Positions 37,136 through 50,596 of a DNA stretch of 64,000 nucleotides are shown here, piece after piece. The notes below the pieces were generated by a model. That model did not search any database and had not been told where the DNA came from. It worked only from the letters and a program-made list of their open reading frames with translations. Source of the DNA: Nymphaea colorata (taxonomy: Eukaryota); the NCBI RefSeq assembly GCF_008831285.2, contig NC_045138.2:24614001-24678000 (forward strand), written 5' to 3'. Position 1 is the first letter of the stretch; every line of letters starts with the position of its first letter. Made by a program: the position numbers and the translations under genes.

Positions 37136-37411
37136 AAGGCGCTCGTTTTCCATGTATAAAAGCCTCCAAAAGGGAGCAAGACCAACTGGATCATGCACGA
37201 ATACCTGCTCCTTCTAGATGACAATGGCTGCCTCCCACAAAAGAAAGCAAACCCCCGCGTAAGTGACTACCTTTCTGCACTTCTTTCACTTGAGATTCAA
37301 GTTATAACCTGGCATTGTATGTGCTGCACCTCGAACACCATTCTTTTCCTAATGGGTTGTTCTGCTAAATGTCTAGATTATACACATCGCCGTATAGTTT
37401 TTATGACTCTC
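37136..37411 (+). pseudogene. Inverted copy of NAC exon 2 3' half plus start of intron 2 (right arm of a fold-back)
   Basis: [40 protein letters not shown]|gtaagt on the + strand; reverse complement of about 36812-37086. Confidence 0.88.
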
Positions 37412-39685
37412 TTAGGCAATAGCACATTGTGTGGTGTTTGGGCTGGAGCAGGTAACCTACTTGGCCTTTCCTGGTTCAAGCAACTATTTCGCCATGGTAT
37501 AGCTGGTCAATCTGATGCTGGTGAGTCAAATTCATTCCAATAGACATTGTATTTCGTGTCAATGCTAGTTTATCTACGTTAGGCCTACACTAATTACAGT
37601 GACAGCCTTAGACGGTAAGGGCAAGGAAAAGAAAGAGTTCAGCCTTCATTGAAAACCAAATATTCCTCTTGCTCACCCAAGAACATTTACTCAATGATTG
37701 GATTTCCAAATGTTCAAATATTTGACCAATCCCGAACCAGAATCATCTGTATGCAATGGGGAAGAAAAAGTTCAAAACTCCAATAGGGGCAGCTCGAGTC
37801 CTGAAGACAAGAGGCCAACCATCCTTCCACCGACAAACCCACCTTTCACTCCTAGAGCCTATGCTTGTTTTTGCCTTTACTCAACTCAAGAGGTAGATGT
37901 CTACGAGACTGAACTAATGATTGTTGTTCTACTTTCTACGGGTCCAACCACTTACACTATATCCCTTATAACATGACCCTTTTTGCATATTTTTTCCAAT
38001 TTCGTGATTAATATGTGAATGGACATGCAAGAGTGGAGCATGGAGTTGGAAACTTGAAAGGGGCCACGGTCCCCATGAGATTTTACAAATAAAAGTGTTG
38101 ATTTTATTTTTTTGAAAAAAAAAGTTTTTCCTTAATAATTTTTTTGAAACCACTATCAAATTTTGCAAACATAGTTTGGATCCCCAGGAAGGAAAAAAAA
38201 ATCTTAGTTCTGCACTTCTGAAGTGACACTGAGTTATTTGGATTTGAATAAGTTACAAAATTAAACCATAGGAACCTTTGGCAGGTCTAGAATTTGGACC
38301 AATAAAGACAAGCTTAATTCAACTATTTTGATGGAAAAAAAATGCATAAAACTATATTGAAGTTAAAAGCTTCCAAATGAGAGAGAGAGAGGGAGAGAGA
38401 GAGCCTATACTTTCTAGGTTAAGATGATTAAAAGTGTAGATATCATCCTCTTTAACCTTCGGGTCATAAGGCCTCTCGGTCTTATTAAGCTTTGGGATCA
38501 AGTGATTTATAAACACTGAAACGTCTAATAAAACCATGGTTAAAAATCAAAGAAACCCGTTGTCTTTCTATGATTCTCATGGCCTTCACCATGAACACCT
38601 ATTTATACTTAGAAATGAAGGTGAAACAATCTTCTTTTTTGGTTGCATTCATGGGGCCTGCATACTCTTCCATAACTGATGCAAATCTATTTTGATTTCA
38701 TGTGTGACATTTTAACCCACCATAATGCATCTTCCTTTCATTCATATTTTAATTTTGAATTTCCCCCAACCAAATTAATCTTTTTTGTCCATACATATCC
38801 AAACAAAAATCTTGTAAATAATATAAATCTTTTATGTCCATACATAACTTTTAAAAGTCTTATAACAGATTTAAGATCTTATATAAAAGATGTGGATATG
38901 AGAGGTCTCCAAATGTTATTGTCAACTCAACTTGGTCATTAAAAAAAAAAAAGAGAGAAGGATTAGAGTTGAAATTTAAGCACGGTTTAGCTGTGTTGCC
39001 CATAAGATTATGTTAACAATAACATCAAGAATTATCACTTTCTCCAAGAAATATCCAAATCTAGAAAATTATCGAAAATAAACAAATATGTGTTTCAGGC
39101 CTCGTTTTGATAGTTATGCTATTGGGGCAAGCTGGACCAAAATAGAGTTAAATATGAACGAGACAAACTAAGTACAATATCTTTAAGGAATTTGTTGGGC
39201 TGCCTTTATATATTAGTCTTTCCACGAAGGCAATATGGTGCATCATGTTTTAGAAGCAAAAGGGATAATGTCTGGCTAATTAGAAATACGGCCAATGAAA
39301 CCAAACGAGAAGTCTTTTGGGAAACTGTGCAAATAGTGTGTCGTGTTCAGACATCGATGACAGATAAAGCTTTAAAATTCAATTATTTTGCTTCCAATAA
39401 GTTTCATAAAAGTTATTGCACTCGGAATATGCTCCAGCCATTGCCAGAAAATCTTTATTCAAAGAGAAGAAATGCATTCAGAAAAGGAAAATTTAATTCA
39501 AGTGTCAAACCCAAGTATCCTTGTGGCATAAGCTCTTGTAATGAGCAACTGTTTTTCAAGGAGCTCGATCAAACCAAACATGGTACTATCGGTTCTTTTT
39601 TATCAAACCAATTGTAAAATATCCAAAATTTGGCATCTGCATATCTCTATTTTCTTAAGGATCTCATTGTAGGCACATCCAAAAT
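37405..39685 (-). repeat. Right arm of the long-range inverted duplication (with about 600 bp extra at about 37955-38560)
   Basis: Reverse complement of 19189-20930. Confidence 0.9.
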
Positions 39686-41485
39686 TATAGTTTGGCTACT
39701 TGATATAGACGTGCCATGAAAGTTAGGGCTACAAAATGATTTAAACTGCAACTTGCTGCTGGTCTCATGACAAGCTTTTTATCTTTTGTCATTAAAGAGG
39801 AAAATGGAGAGCAAATTTTCTTGTACACATAGGAGATGAGCGGACTATGAACAGCGCTTCTGTTACACCTTATATAAGCTACATTACATTATACATTACA
39901 TACATACTACATGTACTAGATATGAACCCTTCAGAAAACTGAGAGAAGAGGTGGTTAGCTTGAAATCCTCCTATAAGCGTGATGATTTTAGTGCCAACGG
40001 AAATATGCAAGTTGATCTTAACCTAGCTGCACCCACTATTAACCACGTTGCATCATTAATGACCCTATGGACTTCACTCCAAATAAAGTTTCAATTGGGG
40101 ATATTTCACATTTTTAATTTTGCTTATAAGCCTGCACATCATTTTAACACTTAGTAGTACCATGTCTCAATTTTTTTTTTAAAAAAAGGGAAAATCAAAC
40201 CGCCTTCAACTGAAGATACCTTTTAGAGGGAGTTTGATAAGAAAAAGACTGTTTTTACTACGCATGTTTCTAAAAAGTATATTCTGAGAATACGATTTTA
40301 CTGTTCCAGACATTAATATCCGTGACCACACCATGCTTCCTGAAATATGAATACGGCAGTTCTTAGAATATATATTTTTACAAACATGCATTCCAAAGTT
40401 GATACTACCATCTTTTTTCCCTATTTAGGTCTAACAGCAGTCTGGATCAACCTTCGTGTATTAGCTTTATCTTAATGGGTGCAAGAACTGGTTAAGAGTA
40501 TCAAGAAGGTTCCAAATCTTGCCGCCACGCATCTTGAGTCTTCAACTTTCTCGTAGTGTTGTTCTTACATGACATGGTGCATGGCCGAGGTTTGCTTGGG
40601 CTTGTTAATTTACTACCCAAGGGGAAAACTTCCCTTGGGTTCCTTATAGGATAGTAGTCAATGGGTTGAAAATATTCTATGATTAAGATCTGGAAATTAG
40701 GAAAAAAGAATCTATACATTGATGAATTCCGACTTGGCAAGCAAATCTGAAATCAAGTCTGAGATCGGAGAAGGATCTTACCCAATTACAGATAAATGAT
40801 GAATCTTATACCTGGGAAATCTGGACTTGATTTTAGAAATGCAGGTCTGGAGTCTAATTCCAATTATGCAGTCCTGATTAAGTCAGATGTTATGTTAAAC
40901 AATGAATCTGAATTTCCTCATCATTTATAAAAAGTCTCAGGAACGTTTGGTGTGAAGGCTTGACAGTTGGATGCCTTTGAAGAATAAATACACTAGTATT
41001 GGTTGAATCCAAATTTAAACCATTTTTATCGATGCTCAGAAACACAAGAAGCTTAGACTTTAGAAGGGACTCCCTATCAGTAAGCAATTTGGATGTGATG
41101 AATCCGGTTGGTGATTGAATTGAATGTTTTCTATTGAAACAAAATTTCAGCTTTGTAAAAGTTTGTGTTTACATTCTCTGATCTTTTGCCAAGAGAAAGT
41201 GTGAAAAGGCGAAACAGAACTTTGTAAAACTTCATTCAATGTCTTCCCCCATCTCAGCGAAACAGAAGAGGCTACCTGCAGCAGCTAAACAGAACTTTGC
41301 TGTAGTTGAGATTCACCTCAACAAGCTGCGGAGGATCAAGTGTTTGCTGACTATATAGCCATTTATTGTTCTTTGATGTACCCAAGTACTGGGCTCTACC
41401 ATAATACCGACTCCCTAATATTTGCCTCCTCAATTTTTGAGTTCTTCAAATCTATCCTTTTCTTTTTTGCACAATTGGCCATCGT

Positions 41486-41487
<2 letters not shown>

Positions 41488-41550
<63 letters not shown>
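41488..41550. repeat. (AT)n microsatellite, expanded relative to the paralogous site at about 1923
   Basis: Directly visible. Confidence 0.95.
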
Positions 41551-41552
<2 letters not shown>

Positions 41553-44500
41553 CACCCACATTTTATTATATCTTAATAGGTAAATTATGAATAGTTTACA
41601 TTCTAAAGTACCAAATTCTAAAAGAACAAGCAGCTCAAATGCAATTTTATTACAAAAGAACTAGGAATTGGTATATTACTCGTCTCTATTAGTTATATAA
41701 ACTAGATTTTATAGGCCTAAAAAGTTGGACAGTTCATTTATAGTGTGCCCGCCCCGCAAAATTCTATCTATACATCAAAAAGGGATATTATTGAAGTTGG
41801 TTCTCAGTTTTTCTTTAAAGGACATTGCGGATGTGCACTTAATTTTATGGAAAAAATATATACTCATGATATTGTTTGCTGTCATTTAGTTTCCAAATCG
41901 TCTATATCGTTAATTTATGTCAAAAAATGATTCTCAAACCAGCCGTAAAACTATCGTTCCGATGAAACTTAACATTTTTTTATTAATGATTCAACTGTCC
42001 TTACCTGAGGGATGTTTTTCCCAGCTTAGGAGAAAAGAGAGAAAAAGATGGATTTGAAAAAAAAAACAAAAACAAACCTGGAAAGTTAAAAGGAACAGAG
42101 AAAATGCCTAGTTAAGAACTCTATTACCTAACATGTTCTTTAATTTCGTCTACTAACTACAAAATCAAACAACCAGACTCTACTTGTTAAATATAAGTAC
42201 CAGTCCTTCTACTAATGCACATACCATTTTAAGTATTAACAATGTTGGATTTGATTGGCAACTTGGAGTCTCAAATTCATCATTTTCGTGTAACATGATC
42301 TCCACCATTTGCATTGAAATAATTGCATGAGAGCAGGCCACATAAATACCAAACAAGTCTTGTCTAGAGCGTCACATCAAGCACATCAGCGAAAACTCCG
42401 TTGAGTTTGATCTGAAATTACATTGAGACCGATCTTTACAGCATTGGCAGTAAACTTGAGAAATAGGGCGGTCGTTGCATGGGGTTGCCCCTGTATGCGT
42501 GGCTATAGGATCCCGTATCTCACGGAAAAACTCCATCCGAATCGAATTGAACAAGGGAGCAGTACAAATATTAATTGGGATGTGTCGTTTCTTTGGTTTA
42601 TATGAGCAAACGAAAGGAGTCATGGACATTGATGGAGGCATCTTGTCGTCTCAACCAGTAGTTGAGGGAGACACGTACGGCGAGAAGTCAAGGGACCTGC
42701 AAAGCCCCAGCCCCTCCTATTTTTTTTTTTAATTTACATCTACATATAAAAAAAATTACTTATTTTACATAAAATTTTTTAAAAATTATATTTGGACCCC
42801 TATCCAAATTTTAAAATTAAAGTGACAAAAGCAATACTTTAGACAAACAAGTGGTTGGGTGGGCTCCCTACTAACTGGTAGATCAAACTTTATGAGGGAA
42901 GAGAATTAAGGTCATTAGCCATAAAACAGCAACATACTTTTCCATATATCAAAGTCATAAAACACCCACAATGTTTCATACGGTATAGTGTTTCATTAAT
43001 ATAACTAAGTTTTTGAGTAAATACATTGTATAAAATATATAGTTTGTTACCATTCCAAAACCTTGCGTAAACGTGGACTATACGTTCGAATTAGGCGTTT
43101 TTCTGGCCTGGAACCGACGCTTTGCATTTCACAACTGAAAAAAAAAAAGGGATTAGGATTAGATATGTCCATTAAATTACCAACTTTATATTTAGGGCTA
43201 CTTGTTTTAAGGGTCATTGAAGTAATTTTTACATACCACACGATGGAAGCGGCAAATCAAATACAGGAACTAGTATAATCATTAGATCAGCTCCAAGTTT
43301 TCAATTTTGGCTGCTAATTATATTGATTGGCTATGTTGTCAAACTATATATCGCACATTTTATTAGTGCAAGTGATGACTTAGTTGACGATTTCGTAGAC
43401 ATGTTGTTTCATTTACTATTTCTAATTGTCTTTTTTCTTTTTTGGGGTGTCCCATCAATATATATCATGAGCACATGGTGGAGCGACAAATAATTATGAG
43501 GGTGGATAAAGACTTGGAAGGAGACAAACGTCCAGTTAATACAGGTACATGTTACACCCGTAATGGTTAATTTAAGTAACATAACACTGTACTCGTCTTA
43601 AAAGAGCAAACGTTCCCTGAGCACAATTAGCTGGACAATATGTAGGCATATATCTACCAGTAGCATGCAAGTCAAGAGTACTTTAGAAAAGTCCAAAGAC
43701 CTACCTTACAACAAGTATATGCCACTTCATGTAAAAAAAGTTCTCATATGGTTAATTTAAGGACTGGCTATTGAGCTACTTTTCCCACTCACGCGTGAAA
43801 AGTACCCCTACTTTTCCCGGTGAGAAATGGTCAATAAGTTTTACTACCAACAAAAGAATTATCAGAATTCTCTTAAGAATTGACCGCAAGAAGAATAAGG
43901 TTAAGCACAGACCGCAAGAGCAACGCCCAAGAAAACATGAACTTGGACTTTTACGGCCGGAGGCTCACCAAGTTTTCCCGTCTTCCGGTATCATATTACT
44001 TCTTTCCTTCTGTATAAACGACCAATTAGGGATACGTATTCGATCGGTGCAAGTTCTTGAAATTTTGGGTTTTCCTCCTATATCAAGTCTGATTTCCTAG
44101 TGCGACGTTTGTAGCATCTGAATCCGAAATTGTTTACTTCCTGATCATCATCAATCGTCAACCATCCCTATGAACGCCTCCCACATATGTATGAAAGAAC
44201 GGAGTTCTCATCCGCTGGTCGTGAACAAAAATATAGCGACGCCATATATAGTTAGGGTAAGGAATGTCGCCGCCGGAGAAAGGGAGGCCAGGAACCGTGA
44301 TTGCTGCGAAGCTTACAAGGTCTTCCACAGTGGAATACGGGAGGTGGCGGTTTGTTGTTTCTGCGATGGTTCTTCATTCGAAAACAATCAAACGGATGAG
44401 AACTACCAACATATGCGCTTTAGGCATGTACGTATCTAATTAAATTCAAAACCTCATACAATTGTCAGTATATATGGTTGGTCGTACTAGTGGCATAGTG

Positions 44501-47073
44501 AAAGTTTGATTGTCAGTTTGATTTTTTGTGGATGTTATTATATCTTTGAACTACCAAAAGAGTGTGTGCAATACTATAATTAACAAAGTCCTGCTTCCTT
44601 AAAGAAACAGCCCTCCAAAATAATGGAAAAAAGGAGAGAAACTTCAGTCATTTGAAATATCCCTCCCTCTTCCTCCCAATCTCCAAGACCCAATATGACT
44701 GTCCCTTTCCAATGGCTAATAGACGCGCGTGAACCTATTGTCAACAGCATGGCAGCACGTAAGACCCATAAAACCAGCTGCCGCCTTCACACAGAGTTTT
44801 AGTCAAAAGAGAAACAGAAAGAGATTGCCTTTCGAGGAACCACACCCCATCCACTGACTAATTCATTTCGAACTCTTCAATCTGAAACTAATAAAATTCC
44901 TTCTGATTTCGTGAAAATTCGACAAAGTCAAAATTGGTAAAAAGCTGAGTCCGGCCGGAATGCAAACGATTTACGTTGGTCCTTACAATATTTTAAGACC
45001 AGCCGTCCCTCGTCTTGAGTAGACTGGGTTCTATCGAAGAGAGTGGAATTTGCTACGGTATAGCATAAAGGTAGTCGAGTCCACACCAAACTTTTTGGAG
45101 GTACTAAAAAGTTACTAATAAAATAGGGAAGAATATATAGACACAAGGAGTTGGCCCATCGCTCCCTTGGGAAACAAGATGCATGATTAAGAGAAAAACA
45201 AAAATAGATAGTTATTAATTCATATTAGATTACTTAAAAGTCCTATCTACTCTTTCTCATTGTTTTTCTCTCAAAAAACTATCTTTGAAAAATGTATAGC
45301 TAAGATGATTCTTTACATCTACATATATATAACACTCTTAGAAAAGAGTACTAAAGAGGTGAAAAATCTCAGCCAGAAAATGATAAGGTTGAAGCTTGAT
45401 TAAACTTGTAAAATGAACTACTTGGAATAATCGGCACCACAAAATTTTCCCTTGGAAACAACAAAGTTCATCGCGGAAAAATGTTCATATTGGGCATCAG
45501 TATTCCCAAGATACACGTGCACTAATTAACACGGGACCCCATGTCGTAGCACTCTCAGAAAATGTCGCAGCAGTTCCATGCCGCGTGAAAGTCTTGCCCA
45601 TCTCATACGAAAGTAATAGCTGCTATACACGTGCAAGTTTTCTCTACGAGTCTGTCGTCGCGAGATTGAACACCTCTTTTTTTCGTCTAGTTTTTCCACT
45701 CACCACACTAAATAGGATCCTTATTTCGATCTGAAAGTGGAAACTAATTAAAATTCATGTCAGCTGAGAGAGTTTAAACTCTGATGAAGGTTCAGTAATT
45801 ATGTTCAAGATCATCTCTCAAGCGCATGTTCAGAACATTGTTTTACATAATTTAGCTTGTTTGTTTTGTACTTTGTGAAGTATAACCTGGGAAATTTGAA
45901 TTTTCTTTCACATAATTAAGCCTACCATACCTCATAAACCTTCCTAATGCCTCTTCATTTTCATCCAAAAAACTCAGATAGTGGAAATAAAAGCCAAAAA
46001 AGCAGTGGCCTCGGCCTTCATGTTCACCGTCTAACGTCAGCACCAAAACCTCGCCTCCCCTCAAACCCCCGATTGGAAGTTGAATTTTTCTCCGCATCAG
46101 TTGATTTTAGACAATGTTTTTTTTTCCTTTTTTTTTTTCAGTTGAAGCAAACAAGTCGAGGTTAGAGAATCCCATCTAAGGAAATTGACTGGTGATCATT
46201 GAAGTAAATAAATAGACCAATAACAATAGACAGAAATTTACACCAGAAAGAATCACATGCAAAATGGGTTCCAAATCCAAGGCAGATCCTTCCACTGGAG
46301 TCGTATCTGTCAGTGATAGTGTAAGATTGGGGAAGACAACCTCGCTGAGAAAGAAGAATAATGGCGTCGGAGTACTTTGTTGTCTGCAGTGAACTTGTCT
46401 ATGGTAGGGCCACCCCGGGCGAGTTATTTTCGCCTTCAAACACGCCTTAAAGAAATGCACATGGAATTTTGACATTTTCCTGAAGTTTACAACAGTACTG
46501 CATGGAATGATCAGACAACCGACAATCAAACTTCATTTTCTTCATGTTCGATTAGAAAGGAGAGGCTGTTAGATTGTGAGGTTACATTGAAATCGATCCT
46601 TGATATTTGAGGTCAAGAGATTTTTCTCTGTGAATTTGTGAATTAACGGTGAACTTTGTTAGCACGCTATGTCAACTGAAAGTCAAATGTTGATGTTGGG
46701 ACTGTGATCTCAGATCTTAAATCTGACTCTCAGCGCCGCAGTTAAAACTCAAAATTAACATGATGATGCGAAACGCGACTTAAATTGGGTCTGAACAGTG
46801 TACTTGATAGCTATCAAAATTCATATACCCCACATGTAAGTTGATGTGTGAATGTGGGAAAATGAGACGGTGTGCGTGGGACACTGAAGAGGATGATGGC
46901 CATTAAGGATGGTGGGTACACGTTGAGAGTAATGAAGGTAATAGCTGTTATGGGTAAATAGTAAAGTAATGGGTGACAGTTGTAGTGTCGCATGGGAGAG
47001 TAGCGGGTAAATAATTATATTAAATAATGAAGCAATATGATAGACGTTTTTATTAGCAGCAGTTACGCTTACT

Positions 47074-47080
<7 letters not shown>

Positions 47081-47135
<55 letters not shown>
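47081..47135. repeat. (AT)n microsatellite
   Basis: Directly visible. Confidence 0.95.
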
Positions 47136-47138
<3 letters not shown>

Positions 47139-47407
47139 GAAGCAAATGCAAGAAAATGAAGTGAAGTTTTTTTACTCGTGCCTTTCTTCATTTCACGCTT
47201 TTGCTATTGTTCATGTGAATTTCAGTTTCATGTGCCAAAGTAAGTCCAAGAGATCATGCTGTAATAGCACATCCAAAGAGGTTGATGGTGGGATCTTCTT
47301 TCTCGGCCTTACAGAGCAGTAGAATTGAAAGTGTAGTAGGAAACCAGCAATAAAAAACTAAAAAAAATTGCATTTCTGAGTAAAAACAGTTTCTATTAGG
47401 CTTCAAC

Positions 47408-48481
47408 TTAGTTGCCAATGAACTCAATTAAACAAGAACGAGTATGGTTGCTGCTGGTGCGGCTGACAGCAAAAGGCGTCCATATATTTTGCCTGGAAAA
47501 GCTTCCGCCTGTGTTCTCAGCCATACTAATACGATTATCCGTCATGTAGGTCGGCAGCTCCAAGAAAAAATCATCGGTATTGAGATTGAAAGCTGAGCTG
47601 TATGTTAGTTGCTGTCGTTGGTAACCGGCGTTCATTTCCGGCACCGCCAACCATTGGATCCCGTTGGACTCCGCAAGTTGGTCGTCACCGCCGGGAAGAA
47701 ATGCAAAGGTCTCCTCATCGGAAGGCTGGTCCGCTTTTCGTAAATTCGGCACAGAACCCAATCATCCTGCTGCAGCGAGTCAGTGATAATTATACCTATA
47801 CACGTTGTTTCCGAGTAAATTGGTTCGATTTTAAGTATGGTTTTGTTAAATCCTACAAAACAGGCATACATGCAATTTTATTACAAGTTTGAATTGTTCT
47901 TTTCTCGATTTATTACATGGGGAAACCACGCTTCAATAGAGCCAGCCTGAGAGTTTAGAAAAAAAATGGTGTTGGCGGTGCGGCACATACAAGGCCAGGT
48001 TATAACTTAAATCTCAAGTGAAAGAAGTCCAGACGGGGGGGTCACTTACGCAAGGGGTTCCTTTCTTTTGTGGGAAGCAACCATTGTCATTTAGAAGGAG
48101 CCTATATTCGTGCATGATCCAGTTGGTCATGCTCCCATTTGGAGGCTTTCCTACATGAAAAACGAGAGTCTTCTTGATGCCCACTTTGCTGCCGTCGACC
48201 ACGATGGTCTTGTCGGTGCCGGTAGACTTTCAGAAGCCGGATCCGGCGCCTTGGTTGGGCCTCGACCTGTTGGGGTACTTCCTGTCCCTGGGGATGAAAA
48301 ATACCACTCTTTGTCGTCGAAAAACGCAATCACAACCAGTGGTTGCAGAGACGAAGAGGCAGTAGAGAAGAAGAGGAAGGCTGCAGAAGCGGGGGAGGAA
48401 GGAAATGGGTGGTGGGTGTGAGGGACGAACCGGGCAGGTTCCATGGGTCGTGTCCGTAGAGGTCGACGTCTGCAATGACGT
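47408..48481 (-). pseudogene. NAC pseudogene
   Basis: The 3' part of exon 1 (VIADVDLYGHDPWNLP) is truncated at about 48481 by foreign sequence. The exon 2 acceptor is deleted and there is a 1-nt deletion after EWYF. Exon 3 ([15 protein letters not shown], acceptor at 47770-47771) has an approximately 52-nt frameshifting deletion relative to the intact copy. Confidence 0.88.
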
Positions 48482-48912
48482 AGATCGAGAGAGAGATTTG
48501 GGAAGAAGGGGAAGCCCCCGGGCGTACGGAGCTGCGCTGATAAGAGCCTCCGGTTTGACTCAACACTTTTAAGTTTGTTTTAAAAAAAAAATCGAAAAAG
48601 AATTCAAAAAAATGTGATAAATTAAATTACTGTTTAAAACAAAAAAAAACTTTTTCTTAAAAAAATGTTAAAACAAAAAAAACGCGTTCTAAACTTTTTT
48701 TCATTTTTTCCAATTTTTTAATGTCAATTTTTTTTATTTTTTATTTTTTATTTGTTGCATTTTTTTATGTTCATGCTTTCCTTTTATTTTTAGTTTTTTT
48801 TTTTTAAAAAAAATTATCGTATTTGCCTTATTTTCTTAAAAAAAACTTCACTATTTAAAACTCCGAAACTCACCGTTTAAAATTCGGAAACGTTATTTGT
48901 AACCGTCCTAAC

Positions 48913-49399
48913 TAAGGTGGGCATTGGGTCGGGGAGTTCGGGCTTGGTCCTATTAGGCCTACATACACTAAAAAAAATATTTTTAAAATTAAAAAAACAA
49001 TTTAATATGTATGGTATTTTAATAATAAAATATATATTATTAAATTTAAAATATAATAAAAAAAACTTTTTTAATATTATGGGCACCAAGCCCGTTACGG
49101 GCCATGTATGGGGGGTCAGACCAGCACCCACCCATACTCCTAACCTTGTACAGCTCAGTTTGGGCCCAACACTAAGCTGGAACCTGTCTCAAGTTTAGTC
49201 GGATTAAATTAAAAATTATATTTTTAATATAAAATAATATATAAATATAATTAATTGTAATAAAATACTATAATTATATATAAAAATCTACAAATTATAT
49301 ATTTAAAAAAAATTGTCGAATTAAATTAAGCTTAGTCGGGCCCACCCAAGCCCGCCCAGCTCCTTTTGTTCGAGCATAACGACTTGACGCCCAACCTTA
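48913..49399. mobile_element. hAT-like MITE related to 50317-50596
   Basis: TIR TAAGGTGGGC/GCCCAACCTTA, AT-rich interior similar to the 50.3 kb element. No matching TSD; the flank appears rearranged. Confidence 0.55.
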
Positions 49400-50316
49400 G
49401 AGGAAAAGAAGTCTGTGCATATGGATGATCAAGCTTGTGATTATTTTTTTGACATATGTGATAATGTATGGAATCGTACTCACGAACCCCACATGTCCCT
49501 CAGTCTTGTTATGAATCCTTACCGTTTACTTTATATAAACATCAGCTTTCTGGATCCAGGGCGAGAGGTAGAATTAAAGTTTCTAAAGTTTGATAATGAT
49601 CAAAATATCATTTTAAATTTTTTTATATAAAATAACTAAAATTTTTAAAATTTAAGTATAATTTTTTTTTATTTTTTTCTTTTATGGGAGGCCAGAGCGA
49701 GCCCCCTTACCTGCCTCGATCTACCTATTTACATCAACTTTTTTTTGTGTGTATATAGACACGTTTGCTAAATCCAAACGTTCTTTCGAGGTAGGATTTT
49801 CAATCTTATCACTCAATAACATTCCTAAAAACTTTTCACACGGGGACCGACCCTTCTTTCTCGAATGTTTCTTTTTTTTTTTTGAGAGTTCTAATATGTA
49901 ACATTTATTTATTCAAAACTGCAGAGGGACCGTGGTCCATGTTGTCCCCATTTGCGTCCGCCCTTCTCTTTCTCTCCAATGAACAGATGTTATCAACACA
50001 TTTTAGGTTTTGGGAAAAATGGTTTTTTTTTAAATCAAGTATGTGTGTTCAAGTGAAAACATGGATAGTGTTTTTCAGATAGATAGATATATATATATAT
50101 ATATATATCTACTTTTTTTTTTATCATTAGCAGCTTTGCTATGTAAATTTTTTACCATGAGTTCCCTAATAGATATGGATCTGTCTTGATGTCTTTCCAT
50201 TTTTTTGTCCGTTAGTGGTTCAATACTTTTTTACATGAGAAATAACAGGTAGATATGATTTCAAGTTTTACATGATCAAGTTTTGGCTTCTGTGGGTCAG
50301 GGTCAAACAGTACATG

Positions 50317-50596
50317 TAGGGGTGGGTATTGGGGTAGCGGTCAGCCCCCCTTAAACCAATTACAATAAAAAATATTTTTTAATTATAAAATAGATTTTTT
50401 TATATAATTTATAATTTAAATAATAAAATATATATAATTAAATTTAAAAAATAATAAAAAATATTTTTTTATTATTATCAGGCTTGAGACGCCCCGTTGA
50501 GCCAACTTTGGGCCTGCCCATCGAGTCCGAACCCGAGCGCGTTATGAGCGGAATACCAGGCCCTCACTGGTGGCCCCGGACCAGCGCCCACCCATA
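50317..50596. mobile_element. hAT-like MITE
   Basis: Imperfect TIR TAGGGGTGGG/CCCACCCATA; 8-bp TSD AGTACATG/GGTATATG; empty site caGGTATATGcagcaaaggg at about 8547. Confidence 0.75.

Noticed and set aside
39192..39617. 141-aa ORF in the inverted duplication arm
   Set aside because: TTG start, not preserved as an ORF in the other arm, no recognisable domain.
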